A stretch of 64,000 nt of DNA from an uncultured Dehalococcoidia bacterium (GTDB taxonomy: Bacteria; Chloroflexota; Dehalococcoidia; SZUA-161), in assembly GCA_964574685.1 (NCBI GenBank), contig CAZNOI010000004.1:64930-128929 (forward strand), written 5' to 3'. The stretch's first letter is position 1, and the number at the start of each line of letters is the position of its first letter. The notes under the pieces were generated by a model. It was not told the origin of the DNA. It saw only the letters and a program-made list of their open reading frames with translations, and searched no databases. The position numbers were made by a program, and so were the translations under genes. This document shows positions 10,078 through 22,048 of this stretch, piece after piece.

Positions 10078-10527
10078 CTACCTCCGCAGGCGCGGCCTGA
10101 TGCTGCCCAGTATGCCGCCTATCAATGTCGTGTGCTTCAAGGTTTCCATTCCCAGGTCCCACTGTGGCGTGTTGTCCGGCCTTCGTGCGAGGCGTGTCGC
10201 GCCAAACTGGATGAGCGAAGCCAGGATGCCGGTGACGATGTATGCTGTGACGATGCCGAACAGGAAGAGGCCGAGTTGCTGTGTACCTTCAACCGAATGC
10301 TGCAGGTGATTGCGGTTCGGTTCAGAGAGGAAGAACCAGACGAAGGCGCCCGCTATCAGGGCTGCACCAAGTAGCACCTGCGACCAGTGATTGTGGAGAA
10401 AGCCGATTCCCTTGAGTCCTGCGAAGACGGAGGCTATCTGATACAGGCCAATTGACGAGATGCCGACGAGTATCAAGTAGTCGAGGGTCCAGGACTCCGC
10501 CGTTGCCTGCGCAATCTCGGGAGGCAT
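10078..10527 (-). CDS. Small polytopic membrane protein of unknown function
   Basis: Four predicted TM helices. ATG at 10527 lies 1 nt after the upstream GT2 stop. The longer track ORF upstream is a low-complexity read-through. Confidence 0.45.
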   Translation of the reverse strand: MPPEIAQATAESWTLDYLILVGISSIGLYQIASVFAGLKGIGFLHNHWSQVLLGAALIAGAFVWFFLSEPNRNHLQHSVEGTQQLGLFLFGIVTAYIVTGILASLIQFGATRLARRPDNTPQWDLGMETLKHTTLIGGILGSIRPRLRR

Positions 10528-10528
10528 G

Positions 10529-11635
10529 CTAGAGCTCCCTCTCCTGCCAGGTCCAGTGGACATTGACAAAGAAATTCCAGAGCATCGCCGTGGCGATGGC
10601 GAGGATAGCAGAGAAGATGTAGAAGAGCCCGGCGACCTCCGTGAAGAAGGCAAGAATGGCCTCATGGATGCCCCAGCCCACAAGGCTGACGAGATTGAAC
10701 TTGACCGCACGAATAGGGATGGAGCCGCGAGCGGTCTTCCGCTTGTCCCCGAATGTCCACAACTCGTTGAGCGTGAAATTCGTGAGAATTGAGACCTCGT
10801 AGCCGATTGCCGCCGAAATGAGGTAGTGGATTCCGACCACTTCGGTAAGCAGAGTGAGCAGCCCGAAATACACCAGCGTCCCGCTGGCCCCGACCATGGA
10901 ATACTTGATGAAACGCTTGACCTGGCCGGATATCCATGCCAGGCGGGCGAGGTGGACCAGGTAGTTGATTTGCTCTCCGAGCGTTAGATTGCTCTGGCCG
11001 TGCTCGCGCCCTCGGAAGGTGAAGGGCACCTCGACAACCGACCTGGCGTTGGTGCGGATGAGGACTTCGAGCAGTATCTTGTACCCGATAGGCGACAGCG
11101 TGACCCCGTCGATCAGTTCACTCCGGAACAAGAAGAAGCCCGAAAGGGGATCACGGATGCCCGAAAGCGATGGAAAGAGAAGCGATGCTGGCAGCTTGGC
11201 GCCTCGCGACATGACCTCGCGCCACAGATTCCAGTCCTCGGTTCCGCCTCCGGGCACATAGCGGCTGGCTATGACGACGTCTGCTCCATCGGCGGCTGTC
11301 TTCACCATGTCCGGCAGCATCTCCGGCGGATGCTGAAGATCGGCGTCGATGACCCCGAGCAGCCGTCCACGTGCCTCGCGGAACCCTGCCACTACGGCCG
11401 AGGCCAAACCTCGCTCAGCCGTGCGCACGACTACTCGGACGGGGTATTGGGCTGAAAGCTTCCGGGCGATTTCGGCTGTGCCATCGGGGCTGTTATCGTC
11501 GACGACTATGACTTCGTAATCATAGCCGGACAGGGCTCTGTTCACCCTTTCGAGGAGCGAAGGAATGTTGTCAGCTTCGTTGTATGTGGGGACTATGAGG
11601 GAGAGGTCGGGGCCCGACGTGCTATCGGACGTCAT
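10529..11635 (-). CDS. GT2 polyprenol-phosphate glycosyltransferase (Dpm1/Ppm1-like) fused to a C-terminal GtrA-like membrane domain
   Basis: LSLIVPTYNEADNI, DDNSPDGT and a DAD-type DxD motif, followed by four TM helices with the GtrA signature RFIKYSMVGASGTLV...FTLNELWTFG. Confidence 0.8.
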   Translation of the reverse strand: MTSDSTSGPDLSLIVPTYNEADNIPSLLERVNRALSGYDYEVIVVDDNSPDGTAEIARKLSAQYPVRVVVRTAERGLASAVVAGFREARGRLLGVIDADLQHPPEMLPDMVKTAADGADVVIASRYVPGGGTEDWNLWREVMSRGAKLPASLLFPSLSGIRDPLSGFFLFRSELIDGVTLSPIGYKILLEVLIRTNARSVVEVPFTFRGREHGQSNLTLGEQINYLVHLARLAWISGQVKRFIKYSMVGASGTLVYFGLLTLLTEVVGIHYLISAAIGYEVSILTNFTLNELWTFGDKRKTARGSIPIRAVKFNLVSLVGWGIHEAILAFFTEVAGLFYIFSAILAIATAMLWNFFVNVHWTWQEREL

Positions 11636-11674
11636 CCTGCAAAATCCCGCTGTCTCTTCGCAACTCGTCAGCGG

Positions 11675-12607
11675 TCACGTTCTGGCCAGATTGGCGCAGA
11701 CAGGGGTGCACCACTCTATGTATTTCTTGTTTCTCCCCTGCTCCACCCCGAAGTAGATATCCTGAAGCTTGCGCGTTATCTTGCCGACGCTGCCGTCGCC
11801 GACTGTGCGATGGTCGATCTCAACAACAGGGGTGACGTGTGCAGCAGTGCCCGTCAGGAAACACTCGTCGGCAAGGTACAACTCGCTGCGGTCTACGTGA
11901 CGCTCGACGGTCTCGATGCCCAGTTCCTCTCTTGCCAGGGTAATGATGGTATCTCGCGTTATGCCCATCAGTATCCTGTCGTAGCTCGCCGGGGTTACCA
12001 GCCTGCCATCGATGACGAAGAATATGTTCTCACCGCTGCCTTCCGAGACATGCCCGTCGGCTGTGAGCATGATGGCCTCGTCATAGCCGTTCTCTATGGC
12101 TTCAGTCTTGGCGAGCGCATTGTTGACATAAAGCCCGCATATCTTCCCACGGGGCGGCATGGTCTGGTCGTCAGGCCGCCGCCAGGACGAGGTGCAGCAC
12201 CTTATCCCTGCACTGGAGTCGAGATACGGGCCAAACGTGGTGACCAGAATGCTCAGGTCGTCCTCAAGGTCGTGGACCCTGACGCCGAAGACCTCCGAGC
12301 TCTTATAGGCAATGGGGCGAAGGTAGACATCCTCGCGGTAGCCGGACTTCTGCACAAGCTCCACCGTGAGCCTGCACAGATCGTCTACGGAGAACGGCAC
12401 CGATATCTTCATCAGCTTGGCGCTCTGCATTAGCCGGCGGTAGTGATCGGGGCATCGGAAGATGTACATCTCCTCTTCGTCGGAGTTCCAGTTGGCGCGT
12501 ATGCCTTCGAAACAGGCGGTTCCGTAGTGGAGGGCGTGCGTCATTAGGCCTATCCTGGCTTCCACCATTGGAACCAACTTGCCCTTGAAGTAGGCGTAGG
12601 GTGGCAT
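11675..12607 (-). CDS. ilvE: Branched-chain amino acid aminotransferase
   Basis: Fold-type IV PLP enzyme; conserved GTACFEGIRA and LTGTAAHVTPV regions. Confidence 0.85.
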   Translation of the reverse strand: MPPYAYFKGKLVPMVEARIGLMTHALHYGTACFEGIRANWNSDEEEMYIFRCPDHYRRLMQSAKLMKISVPFSVDDLCRLTVELVQKSGYREDVYLRPIAYKSSEVFGVRVHDLEDDLSILVTTFGPYLDSSAGIRCCTSSWRRPDDQTMPPRGKICGLYVNNALAKTEAIENGYDEAIMLTADGHVSEGSGENIFFVIDGRLVTPASYDRILMGITRDTIITLAREELGIETVERHVDRSELYLADECFLTGTAAHVTPVVEIDHRTVGDGSVGKITRKLQDIYFGVEQGRNKKYIEWCTPVCANLART

Positions 12608-12736
12608 TGGCTTGCTCCCGGCAAGTGACTGATGCTAAGTATAACGGCCGCCTTCGGCAAAGACAAGCCTTGAGGAGCGCTGAGGTTGAACATGAAGCTG
12701 GTTGATGCTAGCATACACCCCAAAGGGACTGAACCA

Positions 12737-13925
12737 TATGAAGAGCAATCGATACGATGTCGTGGTGGTGGGTGCGGGTCCGATTGGCAGCTACCTCTCG
12801 TCGCGTCTGGCGGGCCTCGGCTATGAGGTAGCGGTCCTCGAGCGCTGCGCAGATGTCGGACACGGCGTTTGCTGTACCGGCATTGTCGGGAGGGAGTGCT
12901 TCGACAGGTTCGATCTTCCCAGAGAAACCGCCGTATTTGAGGGGAGGACGTGCAAGGTACACTCGCCCTCAGGTGGAATGATGAGCCTGGCGAGGGATGA
13001 CGTGCAGGCGTATGTGGTTGACCGTCCCGCTCTGGACAGGGAGTTGGCTTCCCGGGCGCAGCGTCAGGGTGTGGTGTACCATCTGTCTACAAAGGTGAGC
13101 GGGCTGCACGCCAACAACACCGGTGTTGACATAGGCGTTCAGCGAGACGGCCAAGAGGAGTGGATGGGAGCGCGCCTTGCCGTCGTCAGCAATGGATTTG
13201 GCTTTGCGCTGACCAGGCGTAGCGGCCTGGGACAGGTAGGTGACTACGTCCTGGGAGCACAGGCAGAGGTACGAGGCCGTGGGGTGCACGAGGTTGAGGT
13301 GTACCTGGGGAAGGACGTGGCGCCTGGTTTCTTCGCGTGGCTGGTGCCGAAGGCGGACGGCGCCGTCCTGGTAGGCGTACTGACAAGGCGCACACCGGGC
13401 GTGTATATGAAGAAGCTGCTGGCAAGGCTCGAAGACCAGGGACTGGTTGAGGCTGACCAGCCGAGGATAGCCTATGGCGGAATCCCCCTCAAGCCTCTGC
13501 CAAGGACCTACGCCGACAGGATGGTGGTGGTGGGAGACGCCGCCGGTCATGTCAAGCCCACCACCGGTGGCGGGATATACTACGGGCTGCTCGGTGCCGA
13601 TATTGCACTTGAGACCATTGACGGAGCCATGAAGGACGGCGATCTGTCGGCGAGAAGGCTGAAGAGGTATGAGAAGGGGTGGAGAGAGGCGCTCGGCAGG
13701 GAGTTGGAGACAGGCTACTGGGTTAGGCGCCTGTATGAGCGCGTATCGGACCAGCGTATCGACGAGGTATTCGAAATAGTCGAGCGGAATGGTGTGCACA
13801 AAGCCCTCCTCCAGGCAGACGACTTCTCGTTCGACTGGCACGGACGTTCAATTGCTAAGGCCCTGCGGCACAAGGAACTGCGCTCCGCCGTGTGGTCTGC
13901 CGCTCGCTCTCTGCTCATCCCCTGA
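12737..13925 (+). CDS. Geranylgeranyl reductase family FAD-dependent oxidoreductase
   Basis: N-terminal FAD dinucleotide-binding motif YDVVVVGAGPIGS, the GD...GGI region and ChlP/GGR-like length. ATG at 12737 preferred over the longer track ORF. Confidence 0.75.
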
Positions 13926-13997
13926 ATCGCAGGCTGGTGTCTACCTTCGTCCGCCTTGCGTTGACGGGGCGGACGGCGTCCGGTAAGATTGTTCACA

Positions 13998-14026
13998 AGG
14001 GGCGCCCTCGAGGCCCCTTTTCTTCT
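13998..14026 (+). terminator. Rho-independent terminator AGGGGC-N9-GCCCCT followed by TTTTCTTCT
   Basis: GC stem plus T-tract 73 nt after the reductase stop. Confidence 0.5.
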
Positions 14027-14057
14027 GCCCTTAATTCCTAGCAGGACTTGATGCGAT

Positions 14058-15323
14058 ATGTACGAGAGACATGTGCTTGACAACGGGCTCAGGCTGCTCA
14101 CCGCGTCTATGCCGCACACCAGGTCGGTGAGTGTCTGTTTCTTTGTGGGAGTAGGTTCGAGATACGAGTCAGAGAAACAGGCAGGCCTGTCGCATTTCGT
14201 CGAGCACGTCTGTTTCAAGGGCACGAAGCGCAGGTCCACGTCCAGGGAGATATCCGAGACAATTGACTCGGTTGGCGGTGTGCTGAACGGTGGAACCGAC
14301 AAGGAACTCACCGTATACTGGGCCAAGGTCGGACGGCAGCACCTGGAACTGGCGCTTGACCTTCTATCAGACATGCTGCGACAGTCCAGGGTTGAGCCCG
14401 TTGACGTAGAGAGAGAAAGGAAGGTCATCATCGAGGAGCTCAATATGTGTTTCGACCTGCCTCAGAGCCGGGTCGAGCTTCTGATCGATGAGGTCCTTTG
14501 GCCCGGTCAGCCGCTGGGTAGGGATGTAGCGGGCAATAGAGAGACAGTCAGTTCCTTCGATCGACAGGCCATCCTTGACTATATGACGGCCCACTACTCG
14601 CCCAACAACACAGTTGTGAGTATAGCAGGCGATCTGACCCAGGACGAGTCAGTTCATATGGTGGAGCGGTGTCTGGGCGACTGGCGCAGCAGGGATGGGC
14701 AGACCTGGGTCGCGGCCGACGGGCACCAGACGGAATCCAGGCTGTTTGTCGAGCGTCGCAATACGGAGCAGGCGCATATGTGTTTGGCTGTGCACGGAGT
14801 TGATGCACATCACCCCAAACGGTTCAGTCTGGAAGTGATGAACGTGCTCCTCGGCGAGGGCATGAGTAGCAGGCTGTTCATGGAGATACGGGAACGTCGA
14901 GGACTGGCGTATGAGGTTCAGAGCCACGTCAGCTACTTCCATGACTCAGGTGCCCTGACCGTCTACGCGGGCATAGACCCGGCGAATGTCGAGGCGACGG
15001 TTGAAGCAGTGTTGCACGAGCTTGTTCGACTGCGCGACGAGCCCGTTTCGGAGGGGGAACTGAACAAGGCAAAGGAACTGGGAAAGGGCAGGCTGATGCT
15101 GCGGATGGAGGATACCAGGAATGTCTCGGGCTGGCTTGGCGGACAGGAGTTGTTGACATGCCGCGTGCGTACTGTAGACGAGGTGCTGTCGCTGATAGAC
15201 GGTGTTACCCCAGGCGACCTGCAGGCTATGGCACGTGACCTTGTTCGCAGCGATGGGTTGAACCTGGCTGTCGTGGGACCGGTACCTGGTGAGGGACGCT
15301 TGAAGGACCTGCTATCGGTCTAG
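14058..15323 (+). CDS. M16-family zinc metallopeptidase (insulinase/PqqL-like)
   Basis: Inverted zinc-binding motif HFVEH and the downstream E, with two M16 lobes. Confidence 0.8.
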   Translation: MYERHVLDNGLRLLTASMPHTRSVSVCFFVGVGSRYESEKQAGLSHFVEHVCFKGTKRRSTSREISETIDSVGGVLNGGTDKELTVYWAKVGRQHLELALDLLSDMLRQSRVEPVDVERERKVIIEELNMCFDLPQSRVELLIDEVLWPGQPLGRDVAGNRETVSSFDRQAILDYMTAHYSPNNTVVSIAGDLTQDESVHMVERCLGDWRSRDGQTWVAADGHQTESRLFVERRNTEQAHMCLAVHGVDAHHPKRFSLEVMNVLLGEGMSSRLFMEIRERRGLAYEVQSHVSYFHDSGALTVYAGIDPANVEATVEAVLHELVRLRDEPVSEGELNKAKELGKGRLMLRMEDTRNVSGWLGGQELLTCRVRTVDEVLSLIDGVTPGDLQAMARDLVRSDGLNLAVVGPVPGEGRLKDLLSV

Positions 15324-15356
15324 TCGTGTCGTGCCGCAATGCGGACCTTCCTGCTT

Positions 15357-17549
15357 CTAGACAGGAGGAATCACTACTTCGATACCGGCCTCGTTCTCGC
15401 TGATGTCGAACCGAGTGACATCTCCTTTGCGGTCGAAGTGCAGATTGACTGTGCCCTCTCCAACCCGAAGTCCGCGCACTGTGGCCTGATGAAGCCATCT
15501 CGGCAGGCGTGGTGTCAGGTAGACTCTTCTGGCGTATGCATCGACCTGCAGGCCAAGCATCGACTGGAACAGCAGAAGGGCGCAACCGGCCGACCCGGCG
15601 TACGGACTGCAACTGACCGGATATTGAGCCGGAACAGAATATGCCTCTCTGTCTCTGGGGAAACCGCAGTACAGCTCGGGGAGGCGATTGTAGTCGAAGT
15701 GCTGGCTGGCCTCGAATATCTGGGTAACCAGCTCCTCGACTTCCCAGTGATAGCCGTACTGCTTCATGCCGGCGACGATAATCGAGTTGTCCGCGGGCCA
15801 GACGCTCCCCCAGCGGTAGCTCATCGCGTTGAATCTGGGTTCCTTTCGGCTGACGGTGGTAACACCCCATCCACAGGCCATGTCAGTGCTGCTGAGGCGT
15901 GCTGTGACGTAAGCGGCCTTCTGTTCATCGATCATCCCACAATAGAGGCCGTGGCCCGCCTTCGAGGTTACCACTGGGACCTGCCGGTGGTCGGAGTCCA
16001 GAGCCTGGGCGAAGTAGTGATGTCGGTCCATCCAGAAGTCGTCATTGAATCTGGCCTTGAGCGATGTCGCTCGTCGAAGAAGGCTATCGGCGAGTGCGGC
16101 CTCGCCCTTGCGACCGAAAAGCACCGCAGTCTCGGTCATGGCCTTGTATGCATATGCCTGCACCTGCATCAGCCTCACCGGCTGGTTGACAGGAGTGCCA
16201 TCGGGATAGAAGACGACGCCCCGGCTGTCCTTCCAGCCGTCGGGCTGGCTGTCGCTCTGCGATCGAGAGACATACTCGATATAGCCGTCGCCGTCTGAAT
16301 CGCCGTACTCCTCCATCCAGTTCAGAGCAGCCTTGACTGCCGGAAGCAGCTCCTGGTACAGCTCATTGTCGTCCAGCCAGTTCATTGTCTCTGCGAAGAG
16401 AATGAGGAACCACAGGGTGGAGTCTACGCTGCCGTAGAACGCCGAATGGGGGATTTCTCCGGCGCGTGACATTTCACCGAGCCTCATCTCATGGACGATC
16501 TTGCCCGGCTCCTCGTCGCGCGTTGGGTCGTCCCGATGCCCCTGATGCGCCGCAAGATGGCGAAGCGTATCAACCGCGATACTCGGGTTCAGGATCAGTG
16601 TCTGTATTCCACTGAGACAGGCGCTGGGGCCCTTCACACAGGCGTACCAGGGAATGCCCGCGAGGGGTATCTGCCCTTCCGGTGTGGGACTCATGAGCAT
16701 CTGGATGTCGAGTGTACTGCGCTGAAGAAGCTGATTGAAGAGCTCATTGTCCGTCTCCATGAAGGTGCATTCGTCGGTCCAGCGATCATACCTGCGGCAG
16801 GCAAAGGGGAACTGCTGTCCGAAGTCGGCCACCGCTTCCACCTGATGATCTTCGGTGGCGAACACGTGGAAAGTCAGATGGTGCGGTTCTCCGGGCTCGA
16901 GAGTGAGCTGCCATCTGGCCGTGGCTGTCGGCGGGTGAGACACCGTGACCGTAGCGACTTTGATGGACTCGGGCAGGAAGGTGGTCGGCCTGGTCAGAGA
17001 GGTGGTGGAGGGTTCCTGGATGTCCACATCGTGTGGAGCGTCGTCGAGAACGACCTCCGTTCTGCGTAGAACGCCGTCGAGACCCTCATAATCGAAGCGC
17101 ACGCGACCCTCTGAGAACACAGGCCTGTATGCGGTGCCGTGTTTGGGTCGTTCCAGGCCCCTGACCTCAAGCATGTCGAGGAAGTCGGCCCCGAAGGTGA
17201 TGGACAGCTCAAGAGGAACGGGAAACGCATTGTAGTTGTACAGAGTGATCCGTTCGTGGAGGCCTGCGCTGACAAAACGGCTCCGCTGTATGCTGATGGT
17301 TCTGGCCAGGGCGCTTCTACCGTCCGGAAGCTCTATGGTGCGGTTGGCCAGTTGCTTGTCGCAAAGGCAGTTCTGATGACACGAGGAGGCCATCAGTCTC
17401 GGCTTCTTCCCGTTTATCGCGATTTCGAAGACCGACAGGTGTCGCGTGTCTCTGTAGTAGAGTCCGAGCCTTCGCCTGGCCTCCGGTATGTCGCCAAGCT
17501 CATCGCTGACGACGAAGAGGTCATCTTCCTTGAGTACACGCTGTTCCAT
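15357..17549 (-). CDS. Glycogen debranching enzyme / amylo-alpha-1,6-glucosidase family protein (GDE N- and C-domains)
   Basis: 730 aa with an N-terminal GDE_N-like region and a C-terminal (alpha/alpha)6 barrel glucosidase-like domain. Confidence 0.65.
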   Translation of the reverse strand: MEQRVLKEDDLFVVSDELGDIPEARRRLGLYYRDTRHLSVFEIAINGKKPRLMASSCHQNCLCDKQLANRTIELPDGRSALARTISIQRSRFVSAGLHERITLYNYNAFPVPLELSITFGADFLDMLEVRGLERPKHGTAYRPVFSEGRVRFDYEGLDGVLRRTEVVLDDAPHDVDIQEPSTTSLTRPTTFLPESIKVATVTVSHPPTATARWQLTLEPGEPHHLTFHVFATEDHQVEAVADFGQQFPFACRRYDRWTDECTFMETDNELFNQLLQRSTLDIQMLMSPTPEGQIPLAGIPWYACVKGPSACLSGIQTLILNPSIAVDTLRHLAAHQGHRDDPTRDEEPGKIVHEMRLGEMSRAGEIPHSAFYGSVDSTLWFLILFAETMNWLDDNELYQELLPAVKAALNWMEEYGDSDGDGYIEYVSRSQSDSQPDGWKDSRGVVFYPDGTPVNQPVRLMQVQAYAYKAMTETAVLFGRKGEAALADSLLRRATSLKARFNDDFWMDRHHYFAQALDSDHRQVPVVTSKAGHGLYCGMIDEQKAAYVTARLSSTDMACGWGVTTVSRKEPRFNAMSYRWGSVWPADNSIIVAGMKQYGYHWEVEELVTQIFEASQHFDYNRLPELYCGFPRDREAYSVPAQYPVSCSPYAGSAGCALLLFQSMLGLQVDAYARRVYLTPRLPRWLHQATVRGLRVGEGTVNLHFDRKGDVTRFDISENEAGIEVVIPPV

Positions 17550-17602
17550 TGAGGACAGTCCTGCCTGTTAGCGGCCGATCGTGGTAGCAGCACCCCGGAT
17601 AG

Positions 17603-17634
17603 AGAGAAGCCGCGACCATTGTCGCAGCTTCTCT
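17603..17634 (-). terminator. Stem-loop downstream of groEL (14-bp stem, one mismatch, 4-nt loop); no clear U-tract
   Basis: AGAGAAGCCGCGAC-catt-GTCGCAGCTTCTCT, 50 nt after the groEL stop. Confidence 0.3.
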
Positions 17635-17683
17635 ACGAGCGTGCAAGTCTGACGCCGGCAGATGATGCCGACCGACGTTTGTT

Positions 17684-19318
<1,635 letters not shown>

Positions 19319-19343
19319 CTATGGTGTGTGTAAGGCTCTTCGC

Positions 19344-19640
19344 CTACTTGGACAGCTTTGCTAGGATGTCGCTCTCTCGCAGAATGAGATACTCCTCATC
19401 GCCCTGCTTCCACTCGGTCCCGGCGTACTTGGCGTAGATCACCTTGTCACCCTTCTTGATCTCCATCTCGGTCCGCGTGCCGTCCTCGGTGAGCTTCCCC
19501 GGTCCAACGGCGACGACCTCACCTTCCTGTGGCTTCTCCCTGGCCGTGTCGGGTAGTACGATGCCACCTTTGGTCACTTCCTCCTTGGTTATGGGCTTCA
19601 CTACCACCCGGTCAGCCAAGGGCTTCAAGTTGACTGCCAT
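19344..19640 (-). CDS. groS: Co-chaperonin GroES
   Basis: 98 aa beginning [16 protein letters not shown]..., with AGGAGG 6 nt upstream of the ATG. Confidence 0.95.
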   Translation of the reverse strand: MAVNLKPLADRVVVKPITKEEVTKGGIVLPDTAREKPQEGEVVAVGPGKLTEDGTRTEMEIKKGDKVIYAKYAGTEWKQGDEEYLILRESDILAKLSK

Positions 19641-19685
19641 CAGCAACCTCCTTCTGCACAAGTGTTCATCGCTTGTTACGCAGCA

Positions 19686-19712
19686 TTAGCACTCTCATCG
19701 AGAGAGTGCTAA
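19686..19712. promoter_or_regulatory. CIRCE operator (HrcA binding site) TTAGCACTC-N9-GAGTGCTAA
   Basis: Perfect match to the CIRCE consensus, 46 nt upstream of groES. Confidence 0.9.
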
Positions 19713-19723
19713 TGACCGCTAAC

Positions 19724-19751
19724 AAGATACCTCACACATGATCGCATAGCA
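19724..19751 (-). promoter_or_regulatory. Putative sigma-A promoter of groESL (TTGCTA-N16-TATCTT)
   Basis: -35 and -10-like hexamers immediately upstream of CIRCE on the minus strand. Confidence 0.35.
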
Positions 19752-19894
19752 AATCCATCTAGGGCGATGCATGTGAATTTAGGGCATTGGAGGGACATGT
19801 AGAGATATTTATGTCTTATTCTCAGCCGAAGTGCGTGAAGACACGATTACTTCGGAACACAGCCATGAGGTCTCGGCTGGAGTGATGTGGATAA

Positions 19895-20782
19895 TCAGTC
19901 CTTGCGGGCGACTATGCCGTGTGAGATGAGGAACTCGATTATCTCATCTGCCGCCTGCGCGGGTGGCTTCTTGACGACCTTGGAACCTTTGTCCTGGACG
20001 CCACCGGAGGCGATGAGCTTCATCCTCTCGTGAGTAGCGAAGAATCCTCCTCCGGCAGAACCACCGGTGGGAATTGACGCGGTCTTCTTGAGGCGCGGCT
20101 TCGGCTGGGTGACGGTCATCTCGCCGAAGGCAGGGGAAAGGCCGGATGCTACCTGCGTATCGGCACTCACATCCACCTTATCTATGGGCTTTCTGCGACC
20201 CGTGAGGATGGTACGCAGCTTGGGGTAGATGGGCTTGGAAAGGACGGTCTCGACGGTGAAGACGGCGGGCAGGGGCGTCTCGACTATCTCCCTGTTGCCG
20301 GCTTTGAGGCGCCTGTGCACGACTGCGGAGCGTGTGTCAGCGAAGATGTCGACCCTGGTGACGGCAGTGCAGACCGGAAGGCCGAGTTCCTCAGCGATAC
20401 CGACGCCCACGTAGCCGTTGCCTTGGTCCATCGACTGGTTCCCACAGAGAATGACATCATACGGCAACCGGCCGATATGCTTCGCCACTATGGCGGCGAT
20501 GGAGGTCGGATCGCGATGCTCTGCGTCCTCATCCAGAAGATGAATCGCCCGGTCTGCGCCCATCTTCAGGCATGTTCTGAGGACCTCCTCCGCTCTTCGG
20601 GGGCCCAGGGTTATTGCTGTGACCTCTCCTCCGTTCTTCTCCCTGATCCTGATGGCTTCGCTGAGTGCTATTTCGTCGATGGGGTCCAGTATGTAGCTGA
20701 CATTTGTCAGGGTCTTCGAAACGATATCGTATTTGACGACAGTGGAATCGGGAACTTGCTTGGCGCAGGTTACAACTCTCAT
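19895..20782 (-). CDS. etfB: Electron transfer flavoprotein beta subunit, with ~40-aa C-terminal extension
   Basis: MRVVTCAKQVPD... AMP-binding fold of EtfB, plus an extended Gly-rich, charged C-terminus. Confidence 0.85.
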   Translation of the reverse strand: MRVVTCAKQVPDSTVVKYDIVSKTLTNVSYILDPIDEIALSEAIRIREKNGGEVTAITLGPRRAEEVLRTCLKMGADRAIHLLDEDAEHRDPTSIAAIVAKHIGRLPYDVILCGNQSMDQGNGYVGVGIAEELGLPVCTAVTRVDIFADTRSAVVHRRLKAGNREIVETPLPAVFTVETVLSKPIYPKLRTILTGRRKPIDKVDVSADTQVASGLSPAFGEMTVTQPKPRLKKTASIPTGGSAGGGFFATHERMKLIASGGVQDKGSKVVKKPPAQAADEIIEFLISHGIVARKD

Positions 20783-20820
20783 CTTCTAGTCGGCCGTCTC
20801 TGTCGGTATCGTGGGAACCG

Positions 20821-21885
20821 TCAACTGGTCGACTTCGCGACCTCTCGCAGCTTCTTCACGAGTTCGGGGATCACCTTTTGCATGTCACCGACCACCATGA
20901 GGTCGGCCATACTGGATATGGGCGCCTTCTCGTCCGTGTTTATCGCGACCTTGAGCTGTGATCCCTTGATGCTTAGAGTGTGGTGGAAAGCACCGGAGAT
21001 GCCACACACGAGATAGAGCCTCGGCGCAATCGTCTTGCCGGTGAGGCCGATCCTGCGCTCGTCCGCCACCCATTTCTCATCGGTAGCACGCCGGCTGGCC
21101 CCGATGGAGGCCCCCAGCAGTCGGGCCAGTTCTTCCACGGCTTCGAGGTTCTCGGCGCTGCCCAGGCCCTTGCCGACTCCAATCACGACCTCTGCCTCGC
21201 TTGGGCAGACAGCGCACGGGTCTGCCTTCAGATAGTCGATCACCTTCGTCCTTGTCGACCGGGGTGAGATCGCTATCCTGGGCTCTATCAGGCAGGGTTC
21301 CTTCTCTTCTTTGGCCTTCTGCGTGGTGAGGGTCTGAGCGTCGATCGTAGCCACGAGCGGCTTTCGCAGTACAGGAGAGGTCGAGCTGGCGTTGCCGCCG
21401 TGAATGGACTTCCTGACGGACATGGATCTGTCCCTGGCAACCTCGATCTCGGTGTAGCACCCGGCGAAGGCGGCTCTCAGCCTGGCAGCGAGCCTCGGCG
21501 CCAGGTCGTTGCCGACAGTGGTCGCTGCAAACAGGACCACCGCCGGATTGCCTGCCCTTACGAGTTGGGCGAGGACGTCCGCGTACGCTTCCCCCGAGTA
21601 CTCGTATAGCTGACCATACTCGGCAACGAATGCATTATCGATTCCGTACGGGGCAAGACTGCCTGCGGTCTTCACGAGGTCGCCCCCTCCCACAAGCAGA
21701 GCGAAGGTAGTCCCACCGAGCTTGTCCGCCAGAGTCCTGGCCTCGGTGGCAAGCCTGAAGGCTGAGTCCTCCAGCTTGCCGTCCCTGTGCTCGGCAAAGA
21801 ACCAGACGTCGTTCCGAGCGTCCGAATCTGAGGCTTGGGCGGCTTTCCCCGTATCAGGGGCAGGGGCAGTGTCGCGTTCAGTCAT
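20821..21885 (-). CDS. etfA: Electron transfer flavoprotein alpha subunit, with ~28-aa N-terminal extension
   Basis: EtfA N-domain (VWFFAEHRDGKL...) and the C-terminal FAD-binding region (SIKGSQLKVAINTDEKAPI...MADLMVVGD). The weak Shine-Dalgarno sequence at the annotated ATG leaves the start uncertain. Confidence 0.85.
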   Translation of the reverse strand: MTERDTAPAPDTGKAAQASDSDARNDVWFFAEHRDGKLEDSAFRLATEARTLADKLGGTTFALLVGGGDLVKTAGSLAPYGIDNAFVAEYGQLYEYSGEAYADVLAQLVRAGNPAVVLFAATTVGNDLAPRLAARLRAAFAGCYTEIEVARDRSMSVRKSIHGGNASSTSPVLRKPLVATIDAQTLTTQKAKEEKEPCLIEPRIAISPRSTRTKVIDYLKADPCAVCPSEAEVVIGVGKGLGSAENLEAVEELARLLGASIGASRRATDEKWVADERRIGLTGKTIAPRLYLVCGISGAFHHTLSIKGSQLKVAINTDEKAPISSMADLMVVGDMQKVIPELVKKLREVAKSTS

Positions 21886-21948
21886 AACTCCGGCTTGCTA
21901 CACAGTGGCTGCCCCCGTCGAAGGAGATTGTTGGGCCAGCCGACGATA

Positions 21949-22030
21949 CAACAGGGACAGCCTGTCAACTACTCCATTCTAGACGACTTGGGCGCCTATG
22001 TCTATCGTAGCTCAAGGCTGTCCCTGTTGA
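21949..22030. repeat. Perfect 14-bp inverted repeat CAACAGGGACAGCC / GGCTGTCCCTGTTG separated by 54 nt, between the OYE-like gene stop and the etfA start
   Basis: Both arms read directly from the sequence, with an ACAGG-gacag-CCTGT sub-palindrome inside the left arm. Confidence 0.6.
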
Positions 22031-22048
22031 CCGCTATTCCATTTGGGA

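Noticed and set aside
10078-10710. Longer 210-aa version of the small membrane protein
   Set aside because: The first 61 residues are a Ser/Pro/Arg low-complexity read-through that overlaps the upstream GT2 gene. The ATG at 10527, 1 nt after the upstream stop, is the sensible start.
12608-12736. Repeated TGATGCTA octamer in the ilvE / geranylgeranyl-reductase divergent region
   Set aside because: Only two short copies of an 8-mer were found, which is compatible with chance in a 129-bp region.
15339-16298. 319-aa plus-strand ORF
   Set aside because: Antisense to the debranching-enzyme gene. The same reasoning applies to the other long antisense ORFs at 55301-56365, 57524-58606, 42363-43349, 44055-44927, 12969-13841, 13715-14443, 47487-48191, 22814-23536 and 20315-21016.
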